Shown here: positions 46,538 through 56,293 of the stretch, piece after piece | Position numbering within the stretch: position 1 is the stretch's first letter | How the letters are laid out: every line of letters starts with the position of its first letter | Source: an uncultured beta proteobacterium | GTDB lineage: Bacteria; Pseudomonadota; Gammaproteobacteria; Burkholderiales; Casimicrobiaceae | Assembly: GCA_963741315.1 (NCBI GenBank) | Contig: CAVUHK010000010.1 | Location: forward strand, 168,270 to 232,269 | Reading direction: 5' to 3' | DNA length: 64,000 nt | Notes under the pieces: model-generated | Told to the model about the DNA's origin: nothing | Seen by the model: only the letters and a program-made list of their open reading frames with translations | The model's database searches: none | Position numbers and translations under genes: made by a program

Positions 46538-47566
46538 CTATTGTGCCCCGCCCAGTATCCATTCGACAACCTTGCGCGCGTCAGGGTCCGTCACCTGCGC
46601 CTGCGGGGGCATGGGCACGGTCCCCCAGTTGCCCGCGCCACCCGACTTGATCTTGGCCAGCAGGCGCGCATCCGTGGCGCCACCAGCGTTGCCTGCGCCG
46701 CCAGGCGCATAGCGCGCCGCGACGGCACGGAACGCCGGGCCAACCACCGTGCGATCGACGCTGTGACATGCCGTGCAACCAAGGCGCGTTGCCAGCGACA
46801 GGCCCTGATCAGGGCGCGGCGACGCAGTCGTCGTCGCATTCGGGGCTGTCGCAACCACCGCAGTGGGCACGCCGGCGATGGCGCCCATCTCGCGCCGCTG
46901 TTGCGCCAGGTCGCCGTGCGAGCCACGCGCATACGCGGGCATTTGCGACGACGGGCCGGCCACCGCCGCGCAGTCGTGCATGCAGGCGACATTGGCGGTG
47001 TCGGGCTTGCCGTCGACGCGCATCAGGCCGTGCGCCGTGGTGAGGCCGTCGCGGTTGGGCATCCTGACCTTGGGCAGCGAGTCCTGGTCGAGCACCGTTC
47101 CGGCGGGAACGATGTCGTTGAGGTTGAGCACGTACGCGGTGAGCGCATAGACCTCGTCGGGCCGCAACGACTGCGGTGCACCGAAGGGCATCGCGCGGCG
47201 GATATAGTCCCACAACGTCGGCGCGTAGTTGAGTTTGCTGCCGGTCGTGCGTACGGGTTGGTCGGACGCAAGCGAACCGACGCCCCCGGCCAGCTGCAGG
47301 TAACTGTTGGACTCGCCGAACGTGCCGTGACAGCTGGCGCATTTCTCGTCGTAGATGACCTGACCCTGCTCGACCGAGCCGCGACCCGGTGGCAGGCCCT
47401 TGCCGCTGGGCAGCACGTCGATGTCCCATCCGGCGATCTCGGCGTCGCTGGCCGACTTGCCGAAACCGAACGGCGCGCGCGCAACGTCGGCGGCCTGCGC
47501 CACCGCCATCGCGGCCAGCGCGCACGCCAACAGCGCACCAGCGCAGTTAGGTCGCGATCTGGACAT
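46538..47566 (-). CDS. soxD: di-haem cytochrome c SoxD
   Basis: Two CxxCH motifs (CASCH, CTACH). It lies directly downstream of soxC, and its start is 20 nt inside the soxC 3' end. Confidence 0.85.
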   Translation of the reverse strand: MSRSRPNCAGALLACALAAMAVAQAADVARAPFGFGKSASDAEIAGWDIDVLPSGKGLPPGRGSVEQGQVIYDEKCASCHGTFGESNSYLQLAGGVGSLASDQPVRTTGSKLNYAPTLWDYIRRAMPFGAPQSLRPDEVYALTAYVLNLNDIVPAGTVLDQDSLPKVRMPNRDGLTTAHGLMRVDGKPDTANVACMHDCAAVAGPSSQMPAYARGSHGDLAQQRREMGAIAGVPTAVVATAPNATTTASPRPDQGLSLATRLGCTACHSVDRTVVGPAFRAVAARYAPGGAGNAGGATDARLLAKIKSGGAGNWGTVPMPPQAQVTDPDARKVVEWILGGAQ

Positions 47567-48866
47567 TGCTCACTTCGCCCGACGCGTCGACCGCCCACGT
47601 CTGGATGGCATTGTTGTGATAGATCGAGCGCGTGCCGCGAACCGCGCGCAGCTCGCGATACGTCGGCTGCACATAACCCGTCTCGTCGATCACGCGCGAT
47701 TGCAGCAACGCCGGTGCGCCATCCCACGTCCAATCGCAACCAAAGCGCGTCAGCGCCTTGCGATGCACCGGCTCCTGCAGCCGCGCGGCGCGCCAGTTGC
47801 GGCCACCGTCGGTCGAGACGTCGACGCGGCGTACGCGGCCCCGACCCGACCACGCCAGCCCGCTGATCTCGTGGTACCCGCGGTCGAGGATCACCTGCCC
47901 GCCCGACGGCGATGTGATCACGCTCTTGGCTTCCTGGATCCAGGTGTACTGGCGCTGCACGCCGCCGGGCAGCAGGTCGACGTAGTGCAGCGACTCCTCG
48001 CGCGTATTCCAGGGGACGTCGCCCAGCTTGAGCCGGCGCAGCCACTTCACGTTCGACACGCCCTGCACGCCGGGCACGAGCAGGCGCAGCGGGTAACCTT
48101 GCTCGGGCCGCAGCATCTCGCCGTTCTGGCCGTAGACGACGAGTATGTCGTCGAGCATCGCCATCGGTATGGTGCGCGTGAGCGCCGCGGCATCGGCGCC
48201 TTCGGCGAGGATGAATTTCGCCCGCTTGCGATCGACGCCACATTCGTCGAGCAACAACGCCAGAGGTACGCCAGTCCATTCGGAGCAACCCAGCATGCCG
48301 TGCGTGTACTGCACCGTCGGCACCGCGACATTGCCCCATTCCATGCCGGTGTTGGCGCCGCACTCGATGAAGTGAATGCGCGACACCGAGGGGAAGCGCG
48401 TGATGTCGTCCATGGTGAAGATGGTCGGCTTCGCCACCATGCCGTGCACCATGAGCCTGTGCTGGTGCGGATCGATCAGCGGCACGCCTGCATGATGACG
48501 CTCGAAGTGCAGCCCCGACGGCGTAATGATGCCGAACAGGTTCTGCAGCGGCGTGAAGGCGACCGATGACTGTGGCGTGCGGGTGAGCCCCGGACTCTCA
48601 CGGCGCCGGACGTTGGCCTCGTACTTCGACGGCACGCCGTACGGCTCGGCCAGGATGGGCGCGCCCAGCGACGTCTGCCACTCGGGAACATTGGGCGGAA
48701 GGTTGCGCGAAAGATCCTCCGCCCGTCCGCCCGTGGCGGCGGCGAGGCCACCGCCGAGCGCCAGCGCGCGACGCAGAAAGAGCCGCCGCTGCGCCGTGTT
48801 CGCCGAGTGCGATAACGCCTCCGGGGCCGGGCGAATACGGCCCGGCCTGGCGGTATGTTCCGCCAT
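47547..48866 (-). CDS. soxC: sulfane dehydrogenase molybdopterin subunit SoxC
   Basis: Tat signal (RRLFLRRALALGGG) and a sulfite-oxidase-family Moco domain. AAGGAGG Shine-Dalgarno. Confidence 0.92.
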   Translation of the reverse strand: MAEHTARPGRIRPAPEALSHSANTAQRRLFLRRALALGGGLAAATGGRAEDLSRNLPPNVPEWQTSLGAPILAEPYGVPSKYEANVRRRESPGLTRTPQSSVAFTPLQNLFGIITPSGLHFERHHAGVPLIDPHQHRLMVHGMVAKPTIFTMDDITRFPSVSRIHFIECGANTGMEWGNVAVPTVQYTHGMLGCSEWTGVPLALLLDECGVDRKRAKFILAEGADAAALTRTIPMAMLDDILVVYGQNGEMLRPEQGYPLRLLVPGVQGVSNVKWLRRLKLGDVPWNTREESLHYVDLLPGGVQRQYTWIQEAKSVITSPSGGQVILDRGYHEISGLAWSGRGRVRRVDVSTDGGRNWRAARLQEPVHRKALTRFGCDWTWDGAPALLQSRVIDETGYVQPTYRELRAVRGTRSIYHNNAIQTWAVDASGEVSNVQIAT

Positions 48867-48887
48867 GCATGCCTCCTTGTGCCGCCT

Positions 48888-49319
48888 TCAGTGCTGCGCG
48901 GCGAACTCCAGCAATTGGTCGCGCAACGGCGCGCGATCGTCGATGCGGCTCGCCATCTGCACGCATGCGCTGCGGCAGATCTCGACGAACATCGCGTCGG
49001 CCACCTGGTAGTGAACGAGGTTGTGCTCCCGCCTGCGGCTGACCACGCCCGCCTGATGCAGGAGCCCGAGGTGCCGCGACACGCTGGTTTGCGAGACGCC
49101 GGTCGCGGCGACAATCGCCGAGACCGACTGTTCCGACTGGCAGATGGCGTGCAGTATCTTGAGCCGGGTCGGATCGGAGAGCAGCGCGAAATAATGCGCC
49201 ACCGAGGCGAAAACCCGCTCGAGTTCGTCCGCGATGCGCGGCGTAGCTGCTTTCCGTCGCACGTGGGCGCGCTTGGAACCGGCTTTCATGATTGCAACAG
49301 CATATGTGCATGCGCGCAT
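48888..49319 (-). CDS. ArsR-family transcriptional regulator (SoxR-like position)
   Basis: Winged helix-turn-helix (LSDPTRLKILHAI...VSAIVAATGVSQTSVSRHLGLLHQAGVV). It lies 21 nt upstream of soxC. An alternative ATG is at 49289. Confidence 0.85.
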   Translation of the reverse strand: MRACTYAVAIMKAGSKRAHVRRKAATPRIADELERVFASVAHYFALLSDPTRLKILHAICQSEQSVSAIVAATGVSQTSVSRHLGLLHQAGVVSRRREHNLVHYQVADAMFVEICRSACVQMASRIDDRAPLRDQLLEFAAQH

Positions 49320-49357
49320 ACCGTCAACCGGCGCATTCCTGCCGAGTCGCGTGACGC

Positions 49358-49624
49358 TCAGTGCACCGTTGCGGTTGCCAGGAAGCGGAGCAGCGCGCCG
49401 GACTTCAGGCGATAGAAACCGTCGCCGATCGCTTGCGCATCGTCGAGGTCTTCGCGGGTGAACGCGAGTTCGGTGTCGCCGTGGCGTAGCTCCATCACGA
49501 CATCGTCGGCAACAGTGGATTCGTCGGGCATACGGAGATAACCGGCTTCGAACACGATGCCGTTGAGCTGGACAAAATCGACGCCTTGCGTGGCATCGGC
49601 CAGAACAATGAGATTGGTCTTCAT
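49358..49624 (-). CDS. small acidic hypothetical protein (88 aa)
   Basis: The ORF is co-directional with its neighbours and starts MKTNLIVLADATQG. I recognise no family, so coding status is uncertain. Confidence 0.4.
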   Translation of the reverse strand: MKTNLIVLADATQGVDFVQLNGIVFEAGYLRMPDESTVADDVVMELRHGDTELAFTREDLDDAQAIGDGFYRLKSGALLRFLATATVH

Positions 49625-49714
49625 CGAGTGGTCCCGGCCCGAAAATCGGGCTTTCATGCCACCCATATGGGGCCTGCGCCGGCCCGGATCAAGCCCGACC
49701 GCGAGGTCGCCGGG

Positions 49715-50599
49715 TCAGGCGGTTCCGACGATGTCGCGAATGAAGTTGGGCAGGGCGAACGCCGCGCGATGCACGTCGCCGTTGTAATAACGAAGGTCGC
49801 GCAGGCCGCGCATGGCGATGCGGCGGTTGGCTTCGAGCGGCGTGACATACGATGGATTGAGCGTCGACGACACGCACGCCATCATCCACATGCCGCCATA
49901 CAGCGGAATCGACACCAGGTACGGCGTAACCACCGCAAAGGTCGCCCGGAGGTTGGCGATCACCGCACGCAGGCGTTCGGCATGAGTGATCGGCGAACCC
50001 AGGTGCAAGGTCATCGCTCCGGTGGGATTCAGCCGCGCGGCGCAGGCACGGTAGAACTCGGCGCTGTACAGCGGCTCCGACGGGCCGCCGGGGTCGGTGA
50101 GGTCGAGGACGATCAGGTCGTAGTTGTCGGACGCCGAGCGCACGTAGGCCATGCCGTCTTCGACCTTCAGCGTCAGGCGCGGATCGGAGAGCGCGCCGTG
50201 ATGGATCTCGCCGAAATACTTGCGCGCGATGTCGATCACCGCCAGGTCGATTTCGACCAACGTAACCGACTTCATGGTCGGATACTTGAGCAGCTCCTCG
50301 GCCGAGCCGCCGTCGCCTCCGCCGACGATCAGCGCCCTTTCCGGCGACGGATGCGCCACCGCGGCAACATGCACGAGGTTCTCGTGGTAGAAGAACTCGT
50401 CCTTCTCCGACGACATGAAATGGCCGTCGAGGCGGAACAGCTTGCCGAAGGTGCGCGTCTCGTGGACCTCGACAGTCTGGTAGGGCGACTGGAAACGTTC
50501 GTACTCGCGCGTCGATCGCACGAAGATGCCAGTGTCTTCCTCGAGGTATTCGGTGAGTACGCCCGGTAACAGGTCGCGCCCGCCGGGCTCCTCAGGCAT
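49715..50599 (-). CDS. speE: polyamine aminopropyltransferase (spermidine synthase)
   Basis: Spermidine synthase motifs (ALIVGGGDGGSAEE; LIVLDLTDPGGP). It overlaps speH by 8 nt. Confidence 0.92.
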   Translation of the reverse strand: MPEEPGGRDLLPGVLTEYLEEDTGIFVRSTREYERFQSPYQTVEVHETRTFGKLFRLDGHFMSSEKDEFFYHENLVHVAAVAHPSPERALIVGGGDGGSAEELLKYPTMKSVTLVEIDLAVIDIARKYFGEIHHGALSDPRLTLKVEDGMAYVRSASDNYDLIVLDLTDPGGPSEPLYSAEFYRACAARLNPTGAMTLHLGSPITHAERLRAVIANLRATFAVVTPYLVSIPLYGGMWMMACVSSTLNPSYVTPLEANRRIAMRGLRDLRYYNGDVHRAAFALPNFIRDIVGTA

Positions 50600-50960
50600 C
50601 GCGTCCTCCGCGATGAATCGAATGGAAGCGTGCTTCCTTCGGTCGCAGCGCGGTCTCCATCGACGCGAACAGACGCTCGGCCTTGCCGGTGTTGTCGGTC
50701 GTGTAGTTGCACACGTAGACGTCGATGGTGACGAAGCCGTGCTCGGGCCACGTGTGAATCGCCAGATGCGATTCTGCGAGCAGGACCGTGCCGGTGACGC
50801 CGGCAGGCGAAAACTGGAAAAAACTGTCGCCGACCACCGTCATGCCCGATTCCTGCGCGACCTCCAGGCATAACTTGCGCAACGCCTCGGCGTGCGTCAT
50901 CTCCGGCATGTCGGCCGTGCAGCCGTACCATTCTCCGAGCAGGTGAATGCCGTCCATCAT
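50592..50960 (-). CDS. speH: S-adenosylmethionine decarboxylase proenzyme (small, SpeH type)
   Basis: [26 protein letters not shown] contains the E-S self-cleavage site typical of class 1 AdoMetDC. Confidence 0.9.
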   Translation of the reverse strand: MMDGIHLLGEWYGCTADMPEMTHAEALRKLCLEVAQESGMTVVGDSFFQFSPAGVTGTVLLAESHLAIHTWPEHGFVTIDVYVCNYTTDNTGKAERLFASMETALRPKEARFHSIHRGGRDA

Positions 50961-50978
50961 CGTTCTCCCCGCGCCAGT

Positions 50979-50999
50979 TTGTCACGCGGTTGTCACGCG
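50979..50999. repeat. tandem direct repeat TTGTCACGCG-g-TTGTCACGCG (11-nt period)
   Basis: Read directly from the speH/tkt divergent spacer. It starts 19 nt upstream of the speH start (50960). Confidence 0.5.
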
Positions 51000-51169
51000 T
51001 TTGCTTTGAGGCAACTTGTGCGCTGGCGAAACTCGCTATTATTGCCCAAAATCAGTGCTTAGGCCATAATTTTACCGCTCTCAAGCAGCTTTCACACTTG
51101 CCGGAAATTCCGGCGCCGCACTTTCCACGCAGTGCCCACGGACTTTCCTTTGTCAGCCCATTCGCGACG

Positions 51170-53218
51170 ATGACCGCCCCCTTCGCAGCAACCAACCCAT
51201 CCGCAACGGCACCGCACGCAGCCGGCGATAGTGCGCTGCTGGCCAACGCGATTCGCGCACTTGCGATGGACGCCGTGCAAGCCGCGAATTCCGGACATCC
51301 CGGCATGCCCATGGGCATGGCTGAAATCGCCGTCGCGCTGTGGAATCGGCACCTTCGCCACAATCCCGCCGATCCGCGCTGGCCGAACCGCGATCGCTTC
51401 GTGCTCTCCAACGGTCACGGTTCGATGCTGCAGTACGCGCTGCTGCACCTGACCGGTTACGCGCTGCCGCTCGACGAGATCAGGCGCTTTCGCCAGTTGC
51501 ACTCGATGACGCCGGGACATCCGGAAGTCGGCGTCACGCCGGGCGTCGAAACCACCACCGGACCGCTGGGACAGGGCCTGGCCAACGCGGTCGGCATGGC
51601 GCTGGCCGAACGCCTGCTGGCGGCCGAATTCAATCGCCCCGGCCACGACATCGTCGATCACCGGACTTACGTGTTCGTCGGCGACGGTTGCCTCATGGAA
51701 GGCATCTCGCACGAAGCCTGCTCGCTTGCGGGAACCTGGGCACTGTCGAAGCTGGTCTGCGTCTACGACGACAACGGCATTTCCATCGACGGCGAAGTCA
51801 AGGGCTGGTTTACCGACGACACGCCGCGCCGTTTCGAAGCGTACGGCTGGCAGGTCATTCGCGACGTCGACGGCCACGATGTCGATGCCGTCGATGCGGC
51901 CATTCGCCAGGCGAACGCGGGATCGGGCAAGCCCACGCTCATCTGCTGCAAGACCGTCATCGGCAAGGGTTCGCCCAACCGGGCCGGCACCGACCTCGCG
52001 CACGGCCAGGCGCTGGGTGAAAAGGAAGTCGCACTGACCCGCGACGCGATCGGCTGGAAATATCCGCCGTTCGAAATCCCGCCCTCGGTGTACGCGGGCT
52101 GGGATGCGCGCGCGTCGGGCGCCGCGCTGGAGGCCGATTGGAATGCGCGTTTCGCGGCCTATCGCGCCGCGCACCCCGAACTCGCGGCGGAATTCGAACG
52201 CAGGATCGCCGGCGACCTGCCGCGTGGATTCGCCGAGCGCGCCGCCTCGCTGCTCGCCCAGCAGAACTCGAAAGCGGAATCGATAGCCACGCGCAAGGCT
52301 TCGCAACAAGCGATCGAAGCGCTGGCGCCCGCGCTGCCGGAGTTCATCGGCGGTTCGGCCGACCTCACCGGCTCGGTGTTCACCAACTGGTCGGGCAGCC
52401 ACGCGGTCACAGCACAGGCACCTGGCAACTACATCAATTTCGGCGTGCGCGAGTTTGCCATGAGCGCGATCGCCAATGGCCTTGCGCTTCACGGCGGCTA
52501 CATTCCGTACGTCGGGACCTTCCTGACCTTCTCGGACTATGCGCGCAATGCCCTGCGCATGGCGGCGCTGATGAAGCTGCGCTCGATCTCGGTCTACACG
52601 CACGATTCGATTGGTCTGGGCGAGGACGGCCCTACGCATCAGTCGGTCGAGCACGCGTCCTCGCTGCGACTGATCCCCAACCTCGATGTCTGGCGTCCGT
52701 GCGACACCGTCGAGTCGGCGGTCGCGTGGATTGCCGCGCTGGAACGTCGCGACGGCCCGTCGTGCCTGCTGTTCACGCGTCAGAACGTTGCCTTCAACGC
52801 CCGCAGCGCGGACCAGATCGCGGCGATCCGTCGCGGCGGCTACGTGCTCGCCGACGCCGCGGGCGCAAAGGCGGTGATCATTGCCACCGGCTCCGAAGTC
52901 GGCCTGGCAATCGGCGCACAAAAGGCGCTGGCCGAGACAGGCATCGCGGTGCGAGTCGTCTCCATGCCGTGCACCAGTGTGTTCGACCGACAGGATCCCG
53001 AGTGGCGCGTGCGCGTGCTGCCGCAGGGGTTGCCGCGCGTCGCCGTCGAGGCTGGCGTTACCGCGTACTGGCACAAATACGTCGGCGCGGCCGACGATCG
53101 TCGCGGGACCGTGGTCGGCATCGACACCTTCGGCGAATCCGCGCCGGGCGGCGTCCTGTTCAAGCATTTCGGTTTCACCGTCGACCGTGTGGTGGCGGCA
53201 GTGAAGTCGGTTCTGTGA
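51170..53218 (+). CDS. tkt: transketolase
   Basis: [28 protein letters not shown] and a full-length transketolase body. The start at ATG 51170 has no obvious Shine-Dalgarno. Confidence 0.95.
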   Translation: MTAPFAATNPSATAPHAAGDSALLANAIRALAMDAVQAANSGHPGMPMGMAEIAVALWNRHLRHNPADPRWPNRDRFVLSNGHGSMLQYALLHLTGYALPLDEIRRFRQLHSMTPGHPEVGVTPGVETTTGPLGQGLANAVGMALAERLLAAEFNRPGHDIVDHRTYVFVGDGCLMEGISHEACSLAGTWALSKLVCVYDDNGISIDGEVKGWFTDDTPRRFEAYGWQVIRDVDGHDVDAVDAAIRQANAGSGKPTLICCKTVIGKGSPNRAGTDLAHGQALGEKEVALTRDAIGWKYPPFEIPPSVYAGWDARASGAALEADWNARFAAYRAAHPELAAEFERRIAGDLPRGFAERAASLLAQQNSKAESIATRKASQQAIEALAPALPEFIGGSADLTGSVFTNWSGSHAVTAQAPGNYINFGVREFAMSAIANGLALHGGYIPYVGTFLTFSDYARNALRMAALMKLRSISVYTHDSIGLGEDGPTHQSVEHASSLRLIPNLDVWRPCDTVESAVAWIAALERRDGPSCLLFTRQNVAFNARSADQIAAIRRGGYVLADAAGAKAVIIATGSEVGLAIGAQKALAETGIAVRVVSMPCTSVFDRQDPEWRVRVLPQGLPRVAVEAGVTAYWHKYVGAADDRRGTVVGIDTFGESAPGGVLFKHFGFTVDRVVAAVKSVL

Positions 53219-53318
53219 CGCGGCGACTGGCAGCGCCGCACTTTGGCAACGCGACACATCGAGGCGAGTTCGTACCCGCGCCCGCACCGGGCGCAGTGAC
53301 GGCTCCAGGAGAAAGCAC

Positions 53319-54332
53319 ATGACCATCAAAGTCGCCATCAATGGCTATGGCCGCATCGGCCGCAATGTCCTTCGCGCGCATTACGAAGGCGGCAAGAAGC
53401 ACGACCTCGCCATTGTCGCGATCAACGATCTCGGCAGCCCCGAGACCAACGCGCACCTCACCCGCTACGACACCGCTCATGGCAAGTTTCCCGGCAAGGT
53501 CGTGGTCGAAGGCGACGCCATGGTCGTCAACGGCGACCGCATCACCGTCTTCGCCCAGCGCAACCCGGCCGAGCTGCCGTGGGGCAAACTCGGCGTCGAC
53601 GTCGTGCTGGAGTGCACGGGGCTGTTCACGACCAAGGAGAAGGCGTCGGCGCATCTCAAGGGCGGCGCGAAGAAAGTCATCATCTCGGCGCCTGGCGGCA
53701 AGGACGTCGATGCGACCATCGTCTTCGGCGTCAACCACCAGACGCTCAAGGCCGCACATACGGTCATCTCGAATGCTTCGTGCACGACCAACTGCCTCGC
53801 CCCGCTGGTCAAGCCGCTGCACGACAAGATCGGCCTGGTATCCGGGCTGATGACGACGGTGCACGCCTACACCAACGACCAGGTGCTCACCGACGTCTAT
53901 CACGAGGACCTGCGCCGCGCGCGCTCGGCGACGATGAGCATGATCCCGACCAAGACCGGCGCGGCCAGCGCGGTCGGGCTGGTGCTGCCCGAGCTCAATG
54001 GCAAGCTCGACGGCTACGCGATTCGCGTCCCGACCATCAACGTGTCCATCGTCGACCTGTCGTTCATCGCCGCGCGCGACACCAGCGTCGAGGAAGTCAA
54101 CGCCATCATGAAGGATGCCTCCGAAAAAGGCCCGCTGGCGGACGTACTGAACTACAACACCGCGCCGCTGGTGTCGGTGGATTTCAACCACGATCCGGCG
54201 TCGTCGACTTTCGACGCCACGCTGACCAAGGTATCCGGGCGACTGGTGAAGGTGTCGAGCTGGTACGACAACGAGTGGGGATTCTCCAACCGGATGCTCG
54301 ACACGACCATGGCGTTGATGGCTGCCAAGTAG
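53319..54332 (+). CDS. gap: type I glyceraldehyde-3-phosphate dehydrogenase
   Basis: [11 protein letters not shown] and the [12 protein letters not shown] active site. Confidence 0.96.
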   Translation: MTIKVAINGYGRIGRNVLRAHYEGGKKHDLAIVAINDLGSPETNAHLTRYDTAHGKFPGKVVVEGDAMVVNGDRITVFAQRNPAELPWGKLGVDVVLECTGLFTTKEKASAHLKGGAKKVIISAPGGKDVDATIVFGVNHQTLKAAHTVISNASCTTNCLAPLVKPLHDKIGLVSGLMTTVHAYTNDQVLTDVYHEDLRRARSATMSMIPTKTGAASAVGLVLPELNGKLDGYAIRVPTINVSIVDLSFIAARDTSVEEVNAIMKDASEKGPLADVLNYNTAPLVSVDFNHDPASSTFDATLTKVSGRLVKVSSWYDNEWGFSNRMLDTTMALMAAK

Positions 54333-54340
54333 GAGCGCGC

Positions 54341-54562
54341 ATGAATCCGTTCACCAGCCACCCTGCTTCGGTCGGCGAAACCTACGGCGAGCACTGCGTG
54401 TTTGCCTTCGGCTTTGGCGCGCGCATGATGCTGGGCGGCGCGGCGGCGATGATTCACGCCGTATTTCCGTTCCTGTGCGTCACGACCGGCAGCCGCACGC
54501 TCGACGAACTCAACGCCCTGCGCGCACGCGGCGCACGCAAGGCGGCTGTTCCCGGGTCGTGA
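54341..54562 (+). CDS. small DUF6356-like membrane protein (73 aa)
   Basis: MNPFTSHPASVGETYGEHCVFAFGFGARMMLGGAAAMIHAVFPFL. The family assignment is from memory. The ATG lies 8 nt after the gap stop. Confidence 0.6.
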   Translation: MNPFTSHPASVGETYGEHCVFAFGFGARMMLGGAAAMIHAVFPFLCVTTGSRTLDELNALRARGARKAAVPGS

Positions 54563-55059
54563 ACGCCGATCAGGTCACCATCCGCCCGATAACGCTCGCC
54601 GACATCGCCGCCTGGCGCGAATGCGTCGGCGAGGTGATGCGCGAGCGCCGCTGGCTGGCGTTCGTCGAGCCGTTTCCCCTGCCGGAAAGCGCCGCCTTTG
54701 TCGCCAACAATATCGCCAGCGGCAATCCGCATGTTGTCGCCGACGACGGCAACGCCATCGTCGGCTGGTGCGACATCCGTCGCGACACGATTCCCTCGTA
54801 CGCACACGATTCGATGATGGGCATGGGGCTGCGCGCGGCGAATCGCGGCCACGGCCTCGGAGAGCGTCTGCTGCGCGCGGCGCTGGATCTGGCGCGCGCG
54901 GCCGGCATCGAACGCGTATCGTTGTCCGTGTATGCGCGGAACACCGCCGCGCAGGCGCTCTACCGCAAGGTCGGCTTCATCCACGAAGGCACGCGCGTGC
55001 GCGGCAGGAAGCTCGACGGCGAATACGACGACGTGCACCTGATGGCCATTCTCCTCTGA
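54559..55059 (+). CDS. GNAT-family N-acetyltransferase
   Basis: Acetyl-CoA binding motif ([17 protein letters not shown]). GTG start in a GTGA overlap with the preceding small gene. Confidence 0.8.
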   Translation: MNADQVTIRPITLADIAAWRECVGEVMRERRWLAFVEPFPLPESAAFVANNIASGNPHVVADDGNAIVGWCDIRRDTIPSYAHDSMMGMGLRAANRGHGLGERLLRAALDLARAAGIERVSLSVYARNTAAQALYRKVGFIHEGTRVRGRKLDGEYDDVHLMAILL

Positions 55060-55069
55060 CGGATTGCTC

Positions 55070-56254
55070 ATGAACTTCAGGCGACTTGCCGACATCGACG
55101 TGCGCAACAAGCGCGTATTCATCCGCGCCGACATGAACGTGCCTCAGGACGACACCGGCGCGATCACCGACGACACCCGCATCCGCGCCTCGGTGCCGGC
55201 GATTCGGGACGCGCTCGCGCGTGGCGCGGCGGTCATGGTCACCTCGCACCTCGGTCGCCCCACCGAGGGTAAGTTCAGCGCGGCGGATTCGCTCGCGCCC
55301 ATCGCCGCACGGCTGGGCGAGTTGCTGGGGCGCGATATTCCGCTGATCCGCGATTGGGTCGATGGCGGAGCGTGGCAGGCCGCGCTCAAACCCGGCGCCG
55401 TGGTGCTGCTCGAAAACTGCCGCTTCAATCCCGGCGAGAAGAAGGACAGCGAGGACCTCGCGCGCAGGATGGCCGCGCTCTGCGACGTTTACTGCAACGA
55501 CGCCTTCGGCACCGCACACCGCGCCGAGGCCACCACGCACGGCATTGCGCGCTTTGCGCCGATCGCCTGCGCGGGCCCGCTGCTCGCCGCGGAACTCGAC
55601 GCGCTGGGCAAGGCTTTGGCGCATCCGGCGCGGCCGGTCGTGGCGATCGTCGCCGGCTCGAAGGTCTCCACCAAGCTGTCGGTGCTCACCAACCTCGCCG
55701 CCAAGGTCGACGTGCTCATCGTCGGCGGCGGCATCGCCAACACCTTCATCCTGGCGGCGGGCGGCCGCATCGGCAAATCGCTGGCCGAGCCCGACCTCGT
55801 CGGCCAGGCCCGCGACATTCTGACCCGCTTCCCCGGCAAGGTCCCGATACCCGTCGACGTCGTCGTGGCCAAGGAATTCAGCGCCACCGCGACGCCGACA
55901 CTCAAGGCCGTCGCCGACGTAGCCGACGACGACATGATCCTCGATATCGGACCGCAGACGTCGCTGCTGCTGCGCGATCTCATCGCCAAGGCCGGTACGA
56001 TCGTCTGGAACGGTCCGGTCGGCGTGTTCGAGTTCGACGCCTTCGCAGGCGGGACCCGCGCGCTGGCCGAGGCGATCGCGGAGTCGCCGGCATTCTCGAT
56101 CGCGGGCGGCGGCGACACACTGGCGGCGATCGCGAAATACAAGCTCGGAGACCGTATCGGCTATATTTCGACCGGGGGCGGTGCCTTCCTCGAATTTCTC
56201 GAGGGCAAGACGCTGCCTGCGGTCGCGATCCTCGAATCGCGCGCCGCGACCTGA
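55070..56254 (+). CDS. pgk: phosphoglycerate kinase
   Basis: [12 protein letters not shown]...; the sequence is PGK-like over its full length. I preferred the ATG at 55070 to the TTG at 55064. Confidence 0.95.
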   Translation: MNFRRLADIDVRNKRVFIRADMNVPQDDTGAITDDTRIRASVPAIRDALARGAAVMVTSHLGRPTEGKFSAADSLAPIAARLGELLGRDIPLIRDWVDGGAWQAALKPGAVVLLENCRFNPGEKKDSEDLARRMAALCDVYCNDAFGTAHRAEATTHGIARFAPIACAGPLLAAELDALGKALAHPARPVVAIVAGSKVSTKLSVLTNLAAKVDVLIVGGGIANTFILAAGGRIGKSLAEPDLVGQARDILTRFPGKVPIPVDVVVAKEFSATATPTLKAVADVADDDMILDIGPQTSLLLRDLIAKAGTIVWNGPVGVFEFDAFAGGTRALAEAIAESPAFSIAGGGDTLAAIAKYKLGDRIGYISTGGGAFLEFLEGKTLPAVAILESRAAT

Positions 56255-56293
56255 CCGCGAACGCCGCCGCAGTCGGATCTGACAGGAGAACGC

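Noticed and set aside
47547-47566. The soxC/soxD 20-nt overlap as a possible mis-annotation or frameshift.
   Set aside because: Both proteins have complete, expected termini. SoxD begins with a signal peptide from the ATG at 47566 and SoxC ends at a TAA. A short same-strand overlap is unremarkable.
51092-53341. A 749-aa ORF antisense to transketolase. Similar long antisense or shadow ORFs include 407..1711+, 2700..4478+, 31054..32727-, 41993..43951-, 46043..47866+ and 17854..19278+.
   Set aside because: All overlap confidently identified genes and have Arg-rich, motif-less translations. They also lack sensible starts and Shine-Dalgarno sequences. I regard them as GC-driven spurious ORFs.
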